Below are positions 1 through 11,636 of a DNA stretch of 64,000 bases, piece after piece. Position numbers and translations under genes: made by a program. The stretch is from Diplonema japonicum (Eukaryota; Protista; Euglenozoa: Diplonemea): contig OZ025663.1 in the NCBI GenBank assembly GCA_964019335.1, positions 434,001-498,000 on the forward strand, in the 5' to 3' direction. Position 1 is the first letter of the stretch; the number at the start of each line of letters is the position of its first letter. The notes beneath the pieces were generated by a model. The model saw only the letters and a list, made by a program, of their open reading frames with translations. It was not told where the DNA came from and did not search any database.

Positions 1-1056
1 ATCGACTTTTTGGTCAAAAAAGGGGTGTATACATGGGTTAGGTCGGCTCGGCTAGTACCCTGCACAGGCATAACTGAGAAAAGCCCGTTGCACGACTACC
101 CTGTGACCCCCCCACCCCCCGGTCCCCCCAAAAAAAAAAGGAAAGGGGGTCGGGAATTATTTGGGAAATTTGGAGCGGAAAAATCCCCGAAAAAAAAAAA
201 AAAAGAATTATTTGGGAAAAAAAAACACATTATTTGGGAGGGAATTATTCGGGGCCCCCCCTTTACGTTTCTTACCTATAACTGCCCACTTCCCCTTCCA
301 GCTCCCTCTATCATTGTTTTAACTATTTTTTTTTGTACCCAAAACATTACATGCTGCTATTTCTTTTTTTTTTTTCTTTTTTTCTTTGTGGGGATAATAT
401 GGAAATATAAGAAGTACATCGGATGTGTTGTGCGTGCCCTAGTGGAAGAACACCGCAGAACCTTGGTTACTAAGGGCGCCCCGGCTAGGGTTGAGTTGCA
501 CACCGCACGCATTAACAACACGGCGCGGAACGCAGAAGAAGCTACTGCTCGGCCGAGGGGCACCCCCTGTAATGAAGTAGACTGCGCCTGCAGTTGGTTG
601 TACGCCAGGCGGTTATGAGTAGCCAAAGTCATTCTTCTTCTTCTTCTTTTTTTTTTTACTCCACTCTGGTATTCGTTTTGTGCCTTACGTATTTTTTGAT
701 CTCAGGTGCTGAGTGTCAATGAAACCCTTCAAAAGAAGGCTTCCCACGAAAAAAGATTCCAACAGGCCCTTTTTTTTTTTTTTTTTTTTTTTTTGTCACG
801 CGTCCCCCCGCTACCCTCTCTTGAGATCCAAGAAAGATATGGTTGTAAACTATCTAAGAAAAAAAAGGGGGGCACTATGCATAATATTGGCAAAAGAGAA
901 AGGACACATAACTGTATTTGTACTATAATAGGGAGGGGGGATGAGAAGGACGGCCGGTGGAAGAAGAAAAAAGAAAGAAAGAAAAAAAACAAGGAAACCC
1001 ACGTCGATCCATCTCCCCTCCCTGCTTCTTCCCAATCGAGTATTTCTTGAGAAAAA

Positions 1057-1407
1057 ATATGGTCACCTCTCCGCTATTTGTCAATGCTTTTTTCGAAAAA
1101 TGCGAAAAAACGCTTTTTTAAATATTCACAAAAAAGGGGCAGCATGCAACCACAGGAAGTATGAAAGAAACGTGTAAATAGTCCCGAAAACTCCGTTAAG
1201 GGCTTGCTTTTGAGAAAAAATAAAATGTGGAGGGATGAAACATAAAAATGAACCGAAATTCGGCTGTCACGAAAACGGGGAAAATGCAGCAATCCCGATT
1301 TATCTTCTTCTGGAGCAAATCCAGGCATGGCTTTTGATTTTTACACTTAAAGAAATATGAAATTTGCGGGCAGTACTTTGTGACAAATAGCGGAGAGGTG
1401 ACCATAT
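1057..1407. mobile_element. MITE (non-autonomous DNA transposon, probably Tc1/mariner-type with TA target duplication)
   Basis: Perfect 27-bp inverted repeat: ATATGGTCACCTCTCCGCTATTTGTCA (1057-1083) and TGACAAATAGCGGAGAGGTGACCATAT (1381-1407). These enclose about 300 bp of AT-rich non-coding DNA, with TA at 1058-1059 and 1405-1406. Confidence 0.85.
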
Positions 1408-1596
1408 CGACAATTATTGTAAAAAAAAAAAGAGAAAGAAAAATGGGAATTGCACTTTATAATAAAAATTGTAAAGCAGGGGTTTTCCTTTTTCTTTTTT
1501 TTTTTTCTTCTTATATATAAAAAGGAACGCTTTTTAAGCTTCCAAAGGGAATCGTGTTGTACATTTTCAATTCTATAGGTTAGCTCCAATTTCTAT

Positions 1597-1627
<31 letters not shown>

Positions 1628-4335
1628 GTTGGCCATTATTCGCTATTTGTCAAGACAGAAAACCCGTTTTTCTTTAGGAAATTGAACCTTTTCAAGATTA
1701 TGTAAAGAAAGCGGCAACATCTGACCGATAAAGGTACCTTGAATGTGTACATCTGACGAAAGAATCTACTAAAGCTGTCGCAGCCTGTTTTTCTTTTTTT
1801 CTTCTTCTTTTTTTTTTGTTCATTAGCATTGTCTCATTGAGGTCCTGTCATGGTTGCGCCTTATCACAACTAAAGTCCAACCCTGATGGACTTGATAGGT
1901 TATGCTGTTTAGATGTACTTTTCAGCAATAACGAGAACTTGTCATCTTTGTGTGTCGAGTAAAGATCCCCCCCCCCCCACTTTATCAAAAAAACTTTTTT
2001 TTTTTTTTAGGGAAAGTTTTTTCTTCTCTTTACCCACCCTTTGGCCCTCAGTTCAACAATGGTGGGAATGAACTCAGATTTTCTCGATCCTTGAAAATAT
2101 CAATTTCTTTTTTTTTTTTTATTTTTATTTGTTTGGCGATCTCTGGCAACCAGCTTGAACTAACAACAATCGCCGCCTCTTGAATTTGAATATTTTACCT
2201 TTTGAGACCTTCTGACTTCTGCACTACTTTACAGGGCTTAAAGGTATGGCTTGGCTTCCCCCCCCCCTTTTTTTTATCAGGCATCCCTTAAATGTCTCTT
2301 TTTTTATAAACGGTGCACTCCACTCCACTTCCCATGTTTTTTTTTTGTTTTTTTTTTGTTTTCCTTCCACAGAGATGGGACCAGCTTCCCTCTCTTTCTT
2401 TTGTTTCTTTCAGCAAACAAGAAAAAGAAAAAAAGAACTGGGAAAAAAAAAAAGGAAAAAAGAAGAAAAAGAACAAAAAGAGAACAACACCCCTTCCCCT
2501 CTTGCGCGATCTTCCTGTCCCCTTTTTCTCCTTTCTCGCTCCTTAAGTTTCATTTCCTCCTCGCAAAAAAAAAAAAAAAAAAAAAGAAAAAAAAGAAACA
2601 ACAACAAATAATTTTTGTTTTTTTTTTAATTTCAAAGAGCTGAGGGGACACATCCTAGTGTTTAAAGGCCTGATAAGATTACTACAATGTGGTGAGCTAG
2701 TGGCCTATTCCTAAAGACGCTATTTTTTTTTCTTCTTCTTTTTTTCCCCCCCGTTCAAAAAAAAATGACCCCAACAAAAAAATGGAGGGGAGAAAAAAGA
2801 AAAAAAAAAAGAAACTGATATATCAGTGCTTGCTTTGTCTACCTTTTTTTTTTTTTTTTTTATTACCGCACCAGTGGTATACAATCGACATTGAGCAAGT
2901 GGGTAGGGAAAAAAAAAAAAGAAAAGAAAAAAAAAGAATCTTAATTGACAATTGGTGTTAAGGAGTCTTTGACTGTCTAAACAAAATGGGGGCCATTGGC
3001 AACAGTGTTCTTGGGTTAAAGAAGCCACTCCAGGTTTCTGTCCGGCTCGGTCTGGCACGAACCACGCGACGCATCTTTATCCCTGAGCTGATACCAACGA
3101 CGAATAGGGTAGGTTTCTCCTCCCTCTCTTTAATATGTACCTTGTTTCGCGATTATCAAGGTAAAAGAGGAGAAAAAAAAAAAGAATTGTTTATCCCAAA
3201 AGAATTTCTTTTTTTTAAAATAATAAAGAGAGGGGTGGTAGCAGGTGAACTTAACTTTCGTACTTCTAGACCCGTGGCTAAAAAAAAAAAGAAAAAGAAA
3301 AAGAAAAACTCGCTATTTCCACTCTTCCCTTCCCCCCCCCCCTATTATTATTAATTATATGCAAATCTTTAAAATAAAAGATGCAACCAAAAAAAAAAGC
3401 AGAAAAAAAACCAACAAAAACAAAGTGACAATTTAGGACAAAGTTTAAAAGAAAAATGAAGGTGAAAGATAAATTAAAAGGAGAATTTAAAAAGAAAAAA
3501 AAAAGAGAGAACTGGGGCACTAATGCTCTTGAAAAAAAAAGGACGCTCCCTCAACACAGATCTGTTGATGGTTTCAGTTCTACTGTCAAGCAAATTGTAT
3601 TGTGCCTTCTTAGTGGGTGTTGGAAGGAGTGAAAAACCTCTTTTCCTGCACTTAGTGCTTTCTTTTTAAATTCCCTCCCCCCAACCCGCACCTCCGCCTG
3701 GAAGAATACGAAAATTATGAGACCACTACGTATTTCCTTCCTCACCCCCCCCCCTTTTTTTTTCAATGCCACCAAGGGCGAAAATCTGCAGTGGCAGAAA
3801 ACAGTGCGGAATCATTCTCCGAAAGGGCAGAAAAAAAAAAAAAAAAAAAAAAGCAAATTGCTTTTTCTATCACTTTTTTTCATGGATAAAAGAAGAAAAA
3901 AAAAAGATCACCCATTTTTATTTTTTATTTTAATTTTCTGGAAAAAAAAAGGAAAAAGAAATTGTTCTTTATAATGTTATGAATTTATAATGGCGTATTG
4001 CCTCTAAACCGTTCGTATTCCTATCCTTTCCTTGCCGTCCTCCCCCTCCCCCCCCCCCCCCCCCCCAAGCACTTTTTTCACGAGAAGAGCCAGCAGCTTC
4101 CATTCGCTTGGAGTCCCCCCCCCTTTTTTTTCTACTTCCGCTTTCCATCCAAACCTCCCTTATTTATTTGTGCTTCAAACAATGTTATGACATAATTGGC
4201 AACTTGAACACAAATGGCTTATCTTTCTTGCGGGTATTTTTTCTTTCTTTTTTTTTTTCTTTTTTTTTTCTTTTTTTTTTTTTGTTCACTCTTACTTTTA
4301 GAGTTTGTTTGCGAGAAAAAAAAAGAAGAAGAAAG

Positions 4336-4372
<37 letters not shown>

Positions 4373-4907
4373 ACGTACCCCTTACGTTAATTTGTGAAAA
4401 ATTATCCTTTGCCGGGAGAAGAAGAAAAAGAAAAAAGAAAAGAAGAAGAAAAAAATGAACAAAAAAAAAAAAGAAAATCTCTTTTGCTCCACGCCAGATA
4501 TCTGGGGGAGGAAAAGGGAGAAGCGATCGATCTTGGCACAGGATTCTTTTTTAAATTATTCCCTTCATTCTCACACGTAGCGTTCCAACCTTTTTTTTTT
4601 TTTTTTTGGCGGGCCGTTGCTAACCACTTCGTTCCTATCATAGTGAATTTTTTTTTTTTTTTTTTTTCCCTGCAGTAAACACTGCCACACTGCTGTACAG
4701 CCCGTAATGACGTCGCCCGCTTACTCCAATGTGCCTATACTTCAAAACTAGCGTAATAACCCATGGTGACACTCCCACCGCGGCGCGGCGAAACGGAAAA
4801 CTGTGCACTCCCTACCCAGCCACAATTAGCTAGCACAGATTAAGCAAAGTAGTACAAAAGGGAGGCCAGTTCTCTCAAATGCGTTTTTAAAAGCATGTTG
4901 AAAGATA

Positions 4908-4946
<39 letters not shown>

Positions 4947-5507
4947 CCGTTACTTATATGTTGCGCTCCTTTTCCCCCTAGTTTATAGGTTGCAGGTACG
5001 CTGTTATGTGAAGTTTTCGTTGTGTGATGAGAAAAAAGAAGGGAGAAAAAAACAAAAAAGAAGAAGAATAGAAGGTTGTATTGTGAAGGGGATTTTTTTG
5101 TGTCCCCCGAGAAACCTTGGGGGGATGGGTAACGGTAAAATCAAGGTGAAAAGAAATTCTGATCAAAACAAAGCCCCAAAACTTCAAAATGAGTATCGCC
5201 CGGCGACTCTTCCTAGGACAATGGAGAGAGTGAACCTGCGAGGGACATCAACTTTTTGTTTGTTTTTTTTTCCCCCCTCCTTTCCGTTTTCTTCTCTTTC
5301 TCCCCTACTTTTTTGTGTACCTTCTCTTTTTTTTTTTTTTTCTTCTCCCCCTTCTCTTCATCTGATATATCCCTGCTCCAATCACCCTTCTCCTACCATT
5401 TTTGTTTCCCCCTCTCCTTCTTCAGGTTTGTTCCCCAATTCCCTTTCATTTACTTTCTTCCATTCAATTCAATACCAATTATCAAAAAAAGAAATGCACA
5501 AAATAAA

Positions 5508-8081
5508 ATGGAGAAAAAGCGTGAAAGAAACGAGGCAGCGCAGCGTAAGGACACAACAGACATCCTAAAAGACATAAAAGCCCAAGGGGTCCAAATTGAA
5601 CAGATTTCGTACTTGAACCTATCTGGTTGCAACATTACAAATTTAGATGCCTTCGAAGCAGCGGGGCTGCGGTCTCTATCATTCTTAGACTTGAGCGAGA
5701 ACAGGCTTAAGGACTTACGTGGGGTCCTTGACTCACCTGCCATGCCCGTGCTCTGGGCTGTTAGCGCCCAAGGGAACCCCGTCTCAGAGCTTGGCGGGAA
5801 GAAGCGCGTCCTAGGAGGGCTCGACCTCCGCAACACAAAAGCACCCCCCACAGCCGTCGAGAACGTTACGTGTTTCCACCTAAAGGTCAAAGGTAGCCCC
5901 GCTGAGGGGTCCGAAGACCGTTTTTTCGAGAAAATCAAACCCTTGCTCATCGTCGACAACGCAGTCCGGACCACACCCGCAGAGACACATCACTACACAA
6001 AACTGCTCAAAAGGATACACACGAGCTACAAAAAAGCACAAAAACATATATCACTCTCATTATCGTGGGATGCGGGGGAGACACCCTGCCCCGCACGTTT
6101 GCTTCATAGCCTGTACACAGACCTCTACCTTGCGCAGGACGATGACCCACCGTCATCAGACCCCCCGTTCTTCCTTACGGGGTGGGTGGTGCGTCCTGTG
6201 GCGGCATCGGACCTCGTCATGCTTCTCTCATATGTGCTGAGCACCCCCGACCCTGCAGCGTGCCGTGCCATGCTCCACGAAGGCATCGCTGCCATTGCCC
6301 GCCGTCATGACATGTACCCCGCCACTGCGACAACCATCCCCGCGTTGCCCCCTCATGCCTTGGCCGCCTTCCGGTCACTCCTCCTTGCGAGGCTCTCAAT
6401 AGCCCCAACTCCCGACACCCAGCTCACCCTCGTTACGTATGACATGCTCACCTCGTACGGTCTTCCCCGTGGCTCGCTGACACGAAAGCTTCGCGAGGAC
6501 GCCGCTGTCATCACACGCCAAGCTAAAGAGCTGAAAACCGCCGAGCATGCTCACACGCAAGAGGCCCATGCCGAGCGCATGGTGAAGATGAACTACGCGC
6601 AGGAAGTGATGATCCGGAACGAACGGCAGTACTCAAGCAGCAAGTCGTTGCGCATGGTGAAAAAGGAGAAAAAAGGAAGACCCATTACAGCAAACCATGA
6701 GCAGGAACCCGCCCACGAGACACATTTCTTGTCACCTGTGGCAGAGTGCTTGCAGTCCATTCCCCAGGTGCCCAGGAGCCACAGTGCAGGCCCTGCGCCG
6801 TATCGCAAGTACAGCAAGGCAAAAAGGAGCTCCCGTTTGTCGTTGGAGGGCTTTGCCGATGATGAGACTGGACTCCTCCTTTCAGCAAAGGCAAGCCATA
6901 CTAAACATGATACCCTTGCGCCCACCAGGCAGCCTGCCTTCGGGGACCTTGTCGTTATCAACGACTACCTGGGAAGGATCGCTCATATCAGTGCGGAGTC
7001 GGTGGTCTATCTGCAGGACGAAGGCTTCGGCACAATGCAGAGGCATGTGAAACGCGATGACATGGGTAGAATCGTACTGCCAGAGAGCCAACATCAAAAA
7101 CACATCCCTCTTGACCTGCGGTCCCCTGCACGGGTAAGGGAGCGGACGCCCGAACGGAATACCGCCGCAGACGAAGAGGTGAGTGCATACTCAACCAGCC
7201 CAAAGGGGGGCACGAAGTATGTGCTTGTGAACACAAACATCCTGTCGTGGAGACCGCGGGTCGGGTGGGTGGTTTTAAGGCCCACAAGGCCTTCTGTCGG
7301 CGAAAGGGTGGTGGAAGCTGTCACGCATGAGCAAGCTGCTGTCACAAAGGTAGCACTCCAAGAAGTGAGTATCCGACCGTTGGAACACGTGAAATCCGAG
7401 GAAGGAGAAGTCTGCCTCAGGTTGCACGATCTGGCGTGGTTCCCCGGACCACATGGCAACACATGGCAGTACACGAGACCTCCGCCAGTGCACCTTGCAA
7501 AGGGGAATGAGGTCAGGATGCATCTGAGCAGTTCGCCGGAGAATGTTAAGAGGGCTTCTTCGAAGGGAACGATGGAGAGCTTGCTTGAGAAGAGCGGCGA
7601 GGTGGTGATGACACCACGGTGGTCGGAGGTGAGGAGTGGGAACCATGCCTTTGTTGTGAAGGACCCGCAGGTGCCGTGGCACCCGTTTACGGAGGAGAGC
7701 TTGAGGCGGATGGCAGTGAAGAGGCAGCAAATGGACACCAAAGCGGATGTGCAGGGCGACACCATTCGTGCAGGGCCCATGGCATGCTCGACAGCCATGA
7801 TGGGAGCACGGAAGTCGTATGCTGCTGGCACTACCAACCAGTTCATGCCGTCGACGATCCGGACCCAGGTTGCTGCCTTCGCACAGCTGCAAGGACGGCC
7901 AACCTTCCCACGCCCCAAGTCCGCTACCCTTAAGCCACTTCAAAAGCCGGTGGTCCCCACACCTTCAGCCCTCACGGCGGAAGCCCTGCAAAAGGGCACC
8001 GCAACTGTAAGTGAGATCCTCACCGACCACCGCACTCCATCACCCGCACCCGACCCCACGCTCTTCCGGGTGAAGTGGTAG
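5508..8081 (+). CDS. Uncharacterised ~857-aa protein with N-terminal leucine-rich repeats
   Basis: Long ORF with LRR motifs (ISYLNLSGCNITNL, LSFLDLSENRLKDL, LWAVSAQGNPV). Start placed at ATG 5508 (MEKKRER) because the longer ORF-track start runs through a polypyrimidine tract. Confidence 0.85.
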   Translation: MEKKRERNEAAQRKDTTDILKDIKAQGVQIEQISYLNLSGCNITNLDAFEAAGLRSLSFLDLSENRLKDLRGVLDSPAMPVLWAVSAQGNPVSELGGKKRVLGGLDLRNTKAPPTAVENVTCFHLKVKGSPAEGSEDRFFEKIKPLLIVDNAVRTTPAETHHYTKLLKRIHTSYKKAQKHISLSLSWDAGETPCPARLLHSLYTDLYLAQDDDPPSSDPPFFLTGWVVRPVAASDLVMLLSYVLSTPDPAACRAMLHEGIAAIARRHDMYPATATTIPALPPHALAAFRSLLLARLSIAPTPDTQLTLVTYDMLTSYGLPRGSLTRKLREDAAVITRQAKELKTAEHAHTQEAHAERMVKMNYAQEVMIRNERQYSSSKSLRMVKKEKKGRPITANHEQEPAHETHFLSPVAECLQSIPQVPRSHSAGPAPYRKYSKAKRSSRLSLEGFADDETGLLLSAKASHTKHDTLAPTRQPAFGDLVVINDYLGRIAHISAESVVYLQDEGFGTMQRHVKRDDMGRIVLPESQHQKHIPLDLRSPARVRERTPERNTAADEEVSAYSTSPKGGTKYVLVNTNILSWRPRVGWVVLRPTRPSVGERVVEAVTHEQAAVTKVALQEVSIRPLEHVKSEEGEVCLRLHDLAWFPGPHGNTWQYTRPPPVHLAKGNEVRMHLSSSPENVKRASSKGTMESLLEKSGEVVMTPRWSEVRSGNHAFVVKDPQVPWHPFTEESLRRMAVKRQQMDTKADVQGDTIRAGPMACSTAMMGARKSYAAGTTNQFMPSTIRTQVAAFAQLQGRPTFPRPKSATLKPLQKPVVPTPSALTAEALQKGTATVSEILTDHRTPSPAPDPTLFRVKW

Positions 8082-8132
8082 TGCTTTTTTTCCTTTACTT
8101 TTCACTCAAAACGTTCCCTATTTTGCACACAG
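8082..8132 (+). promoter_or_regulatory. Putative SL trans-splice acceptor (polypyrimidine tract + AG)
   Basis: 58-bp intergenic spacer, pyrimidine-rich, ending ...ttttgcacacAG 7 nt before ATG 8140. No room for a conventional promoter. Confidence 0.5.
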
Positions 8133-8139
8133 GTACACT

Positions 8140-8334
8140 ATGGGGCCTTCATGGTACCACTCTGTGAATAGGAAAGCGGGTATTTGCATGCAGTGGGACG
8201 CCACAAAGACGGGGTGGGTCTCGAAGTTCCCGGGAATGGAGAAAGGGGCGTGCCCAGACAAAATGTGCTTGAAGCTCAACAAAGGGACGGTTTTGGAGGA
8301 AGAAAAAGGGGACCACAGGGTCCTGATGTATTAA
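8140..8334 (+). CDS. 64-aa Cys-containing microprotein, paralog A (intronless)
   Basis: MGPSWYHSVNRKAGICMQWDATKTGW...GACPDKMC...DHRVLMY. Aligns end to end with the spliced microprotein at 9046-9297. Confidence 0.8.
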   Translation: MGPSWYHSVNRKAGICMQWDATKTGWVSKFPGMEKGACPDKMCLKLNKGTVLEEEKGDHRVLMY

Positions 8335-8436
8335 AAAAAAAAAAAACGCCTTCTTTTTTTCTATAGAAAAGAAGTAACAAGACACAACTCACTCCCTATA
8401 CAGAGGAGGGAAAAAAAGAAAAGAAAAAGGAAAACA

Positions 8437-8915
8437 ATGCAAGAGCTATTAATCCTGCTGGGATTGGGTATCGTCTACTCTGGGGTAGGGTTCCTCATGA
8501 AAGCGGTGACAATTTACCCGTACTATGGAGTGGCAACTTTTTTTATCTCTGTTTGCGTGCAGACGCTGTTGGCGTCGAGATATGCAGGGAAGAACAAGGT
8601 GAAGAAGGGGAAATGGACCTTTGAGAAGCTTTTGAACCGGTTCCTCCCTGTGATAATGGCAGGGTCGATCCTAGCTGGTCTCGCAGGCTCCAGTGGAGTC
8701 GTTGCGAGTACCTCTTTCTACATGAAGGTATGTCGTGAAATCGGGAAAAGAAAAAGAAGAAAAAAAAAAAAAAAAAAAAAATGGGGCCGCAGAATCCTAC
8801 TCGCACCTTCGCTAGATGTTGCATCTCTTTCCTCACCGCCCTCCTCCCCTTACGGAACTTACGAGACGCCCTTGAAGAATCTATAGAAAAGCGTGATCTT
8901 AAAAAACACGAGTAG
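8437..8915 (+). CDS. Small multi-pass membrane protein (137 aa); exons 8437-8727, 8793-8915
   Basis: Three to four hydrophobic segments. GTATG...CAG intron 8728-8792 removes a spurious poly-Lys stretch and gives the C-terminus NPTRTFARCCISFLTALLPLRNLRDALEESIEKRDLKKHE*. Confidence 0.7.
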
Positions 8916-9045
8916 TATAGTTTTTATTTTTATAATGTTACAAAAAGGAAAGCAGCACTCCGTCGAGATATTTTAGTCACAAAAAAAAAAAAAAATCCCC
9001 CCTCTTTTTGTGATACGTTAATTTGTCGTCAGGGGGAAGGGAAGT

Positions 9046-9150
9046 ATGGAGCTGCCTTCCTGGAACCACAGGGTGGACAAGGTGAACGGGATGTGCATGC
9101 AGTGGGACACGTCAAAAGTTAAATGGCCTCTGGGTGTCAAAGAAGTATGA

Positions 9151-9184
<34 letters not shown>

Positions 9185-9297
9185 AATAGTCGTTCGGGAT
9201 ACAAGAAGGAGAGTGCCCTGACCAGCTGTGCGAAGCTTCCGTCAATTCACATGAGCTTATAAAACACGACGACTATCGTGTCGTGAAGTACACTTAA
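9046..9297 (+). CDS. 68-aa Cys-containing microprotein, paralog B; exons 9046-9144, 9190-9297 (absent from ORF track)
   Basis: MELPSWNHRVDKVNGMCMQWDTSKVKWPLGVKE/SFGIQEGECPDQLCEASVNSHELIKHDDYRVVKYT*. The intron (9145-9189) is GTATGA-poly(A)-TAG, and homology to paralog A continues across the splice. Confidence 0.8.
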
Positions 9298-9300
9298 TGT

Positions 9301-9353
9301 TATTATTATTTTTTTCTTTTTCTGCTTCCTTTTCCCCTTACTTTCCTCACCAG
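9301..9353 (+). promoter_or_regulatory. Putative SL trans-splice acceptor (polypyrimidine tract + AG)
   Basis: About 40-nt pyrimidine tract ending cctcaccAG, 8 nt before ATG 9362, within a 64-bp spacer. Confidence 0.55.
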
Positions 9354-9361
9354 GCACCACC

Positions 9362-11114
9362 ATGCGGCCAGTAGACGAAGCCGTAGAGAAGCTCCGAAGG
9401 GGCCCTGCCATCAGCGAATGTATGCTCTGGAACGACCCTTCCCTCAACGTCTCCCTCCCAGCGGGAGAAATGGAGATCCTTTGCAAAGCGCTTAAGGCAC
9501 ACGGCAGGGTCACCACGCTGTCCCTCTCGGGGAATACCATCACAGAGACATCTGCTGTTGTACTCGCGAAGTACATTTCTGTTTGCAAGACTATTAAGGT
9601 GCTTGACCTGTCCTTCTGTGGGCTGAAGGCCAGCTCTCTAATCAAAATCGCACGTTCTATCTGCGGCAACGTAAACCTTGAAGGTGTCCTCCTGAATGCC
9701 AGCTACAACGACATGTCCCCGGAAGGCGCTGTGGAGCTCAGCCGTGCCTTGACGTCCGCCCATTCTTCGGGTCTTAAGCACCTTGTCCTTCGCTTCAACC
9801 CGCTCCTTGAGAAAGGTGTCTCCTCCCTCCTCCTCAACTGCCACAGCCTCGAGTCCCTCGACTGCTCCTACGCTGGAGTCAAGTCCCCCGTCGCGCAGCT
9901 CATCACGTCGCTGTCTTCGTCTTCCATCAAAACAGTACGCCTCTGCGGGATGGAGCTCAAGGGGAATGAGATGCAGATGCTCCTTAGCAGTGTGCCTCTC
10001 GGGTGCACCCTGCTCCTAGATGAAGACTCACCAAAGTATGCTTTTTTTTTGTTACCACATGACCGTCACCACAGGGAGTGCCACTCACCGCAGTGCCTGT
10101 CGCCTGTGTCCGCGTCATCGCCCGTTATGAACAGAGACGTCGAGGAGCTGATGTGGAAGGAGGAGCTGGCAATCCTCAGGGGCGCCATGAACAAGGACAG
10201 GTCGCCTCCGAAGACAGTGCGAACCACGCCCCCCAAGCCTCCTCAGCCTGTGTACACGGAGATGCACAGGTCGCCCCCTAGGTCGGTGTACGTGGAGTCG
10301 CGCAAATCGCCCCCCAAGCCTGCCACGTCGGATGCCTCGCACAGGTCGCCGCCACTGCGCAGCAACGCGACCATCTCGCCGACATCATCGTCCCCACCGC
10401 CGTTGGCGTCATCGCCGTACTACGAGCGCAGCATGTCGAGCGAGCGGTCTGTCAGCAGGCAGGAGTCTTTGGACAGGGTGTCTGTGTCACGGACAGAGGT
10501 CACAAGGAGCGAAACAGCCTCGACAAGGGTGCACACGAGGTCGCCGCCTGTGCAGCAGGACGACGGGACGGTGAAGTCGCTGTCACTGGCGTTGAACGTG
10601 CTGCACGACAACTACAACACCGTCAGCAAGGAGCGCAACTCGTTGAAGATGGAGCTCGAGGCAGAGGTCGCGATGCGGAAGGAGCTAGAGAAGCAGGTGT
10701 CGCAGCTGAGGTACGAGCTGCGGCTGAGGGACTCGCCGAAGAAAGAAGCAAGAGGAACACCACGGGAAACGAGAGAAGAAAGAGCACCCAGAAAGCCTGG
10801 TCGAAGCGTTTCACCTAAGGTAAGGAGCAACTCCGCCTCGAGGAGGCCCCTCGGGGATGTGGCAGGCAATACATTCCGCGAAGAGAAGTCCAAACGCACA
10901 TCCCCTGCACGTGCTCCTACAGCGAGAGTCTTGAAATCAGCTAGCGGTCTGAAGGCAAAACCATGTGGTGCCGGGTATGTGCCTTATTCGAAAATGCTGT
11001 ATTAAAAAAAAAAAAAAAAAAAACAGTAAATCCCCGCCGAGGGGCAACGCCCTGACCCGAACCCTTACGAACAGGTCGCGGAGGACATCCACCTCCACTA
11101 CTGGGAAGTTTTAA
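9362..11114 (+). CDS. RNI-like LRR protein with Ser/Pro-rich SPP repeats and coiled coil; introns 10036-10074 and 10975-11026
   Basis: LRRs (VTTLSLSGNTI, IKVLDLSFCGL, LKHLVLRFNPL), recurring (H/D/K)RSPP motifs and a coiled coil. Two GTATG...CAG introns; the last exon reads GKSPPRGNALTRTLTNRSRRTSTSTTGKF*. Confidence 0.8.
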
Positions 11115-11352
11115 GTAATGTGGAAAGCGCATTTAGATTTTTTTTTTTTTTTTTTACTCCCGCCTTGTTGGCTTTTTTTATTGTTCATTCTAGAACCCGC
11201 ATCTCCCCTTACCCCCTTAGACTTATACAGATTTTCTTTTTTTTTAAATTACTTCATCCCCTTATTCGATAAAGGCACTGTTTTGTAGTTGTGTGGCGCC
11301 TGAATCTTATTTTTCTTCTTTTTCTTTTTTTTTTTAAAAGTTGTCATTAGAA

Positions 11353-11382
11353 TTTGTTGTTGTTGTTGTTGTTGTTGTTGTT
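11353..11382. repeat. (TTG)n microsatellite
   Basis: About 10 tandem TTG units seen directly. Confidence 0.9.
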
Positions 11383-11636
11383 ATTCAAGTCGTTTGTTGT
11401 TTTTCCAGAAGTCGGCTAGAAAGAAGAAGGACATGGGAAAGAAATACAATATCAACCCCCCCTTTTTTTTGAATTGTAAAGTTCCCCTCCCCCCCCCCCC
11501 CCCCCCCGCATCGTTCGATAAGTGAATGATTCTATTTATTTTTTTTTCATCCCCTTCCCCACAACGCCGGGGACAAAAAAAAAATCAAGGCGAGAAGACG
11601 GGAGGGGGAAGGGAGAAGAAATATAATAAAAAATAC

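Noticed and set aside
357-632. - strand ORF with QGVPLG resembling the RT 'GVPQG' motif
   Set aside because: No following YADD-like motif or other RT blocks, so the match is too weak to call.
5256-5507. ORF-track N-terminal extensions (also 18750-18839, 27867-27995, 44561-45115)
   Set aside because: They are upstream starts in low-complexity pyrimidine tracts or UTRs. The downstream ATG begins the coding-like sequence.
10-5568. Numerous 60-200 aa ORFs rich in poly-Lys/Phe/Pro/Gly here and in other spacers
   Set aside because: They are translations of A/T/C/G homopolymer runs that lack stops by composition.
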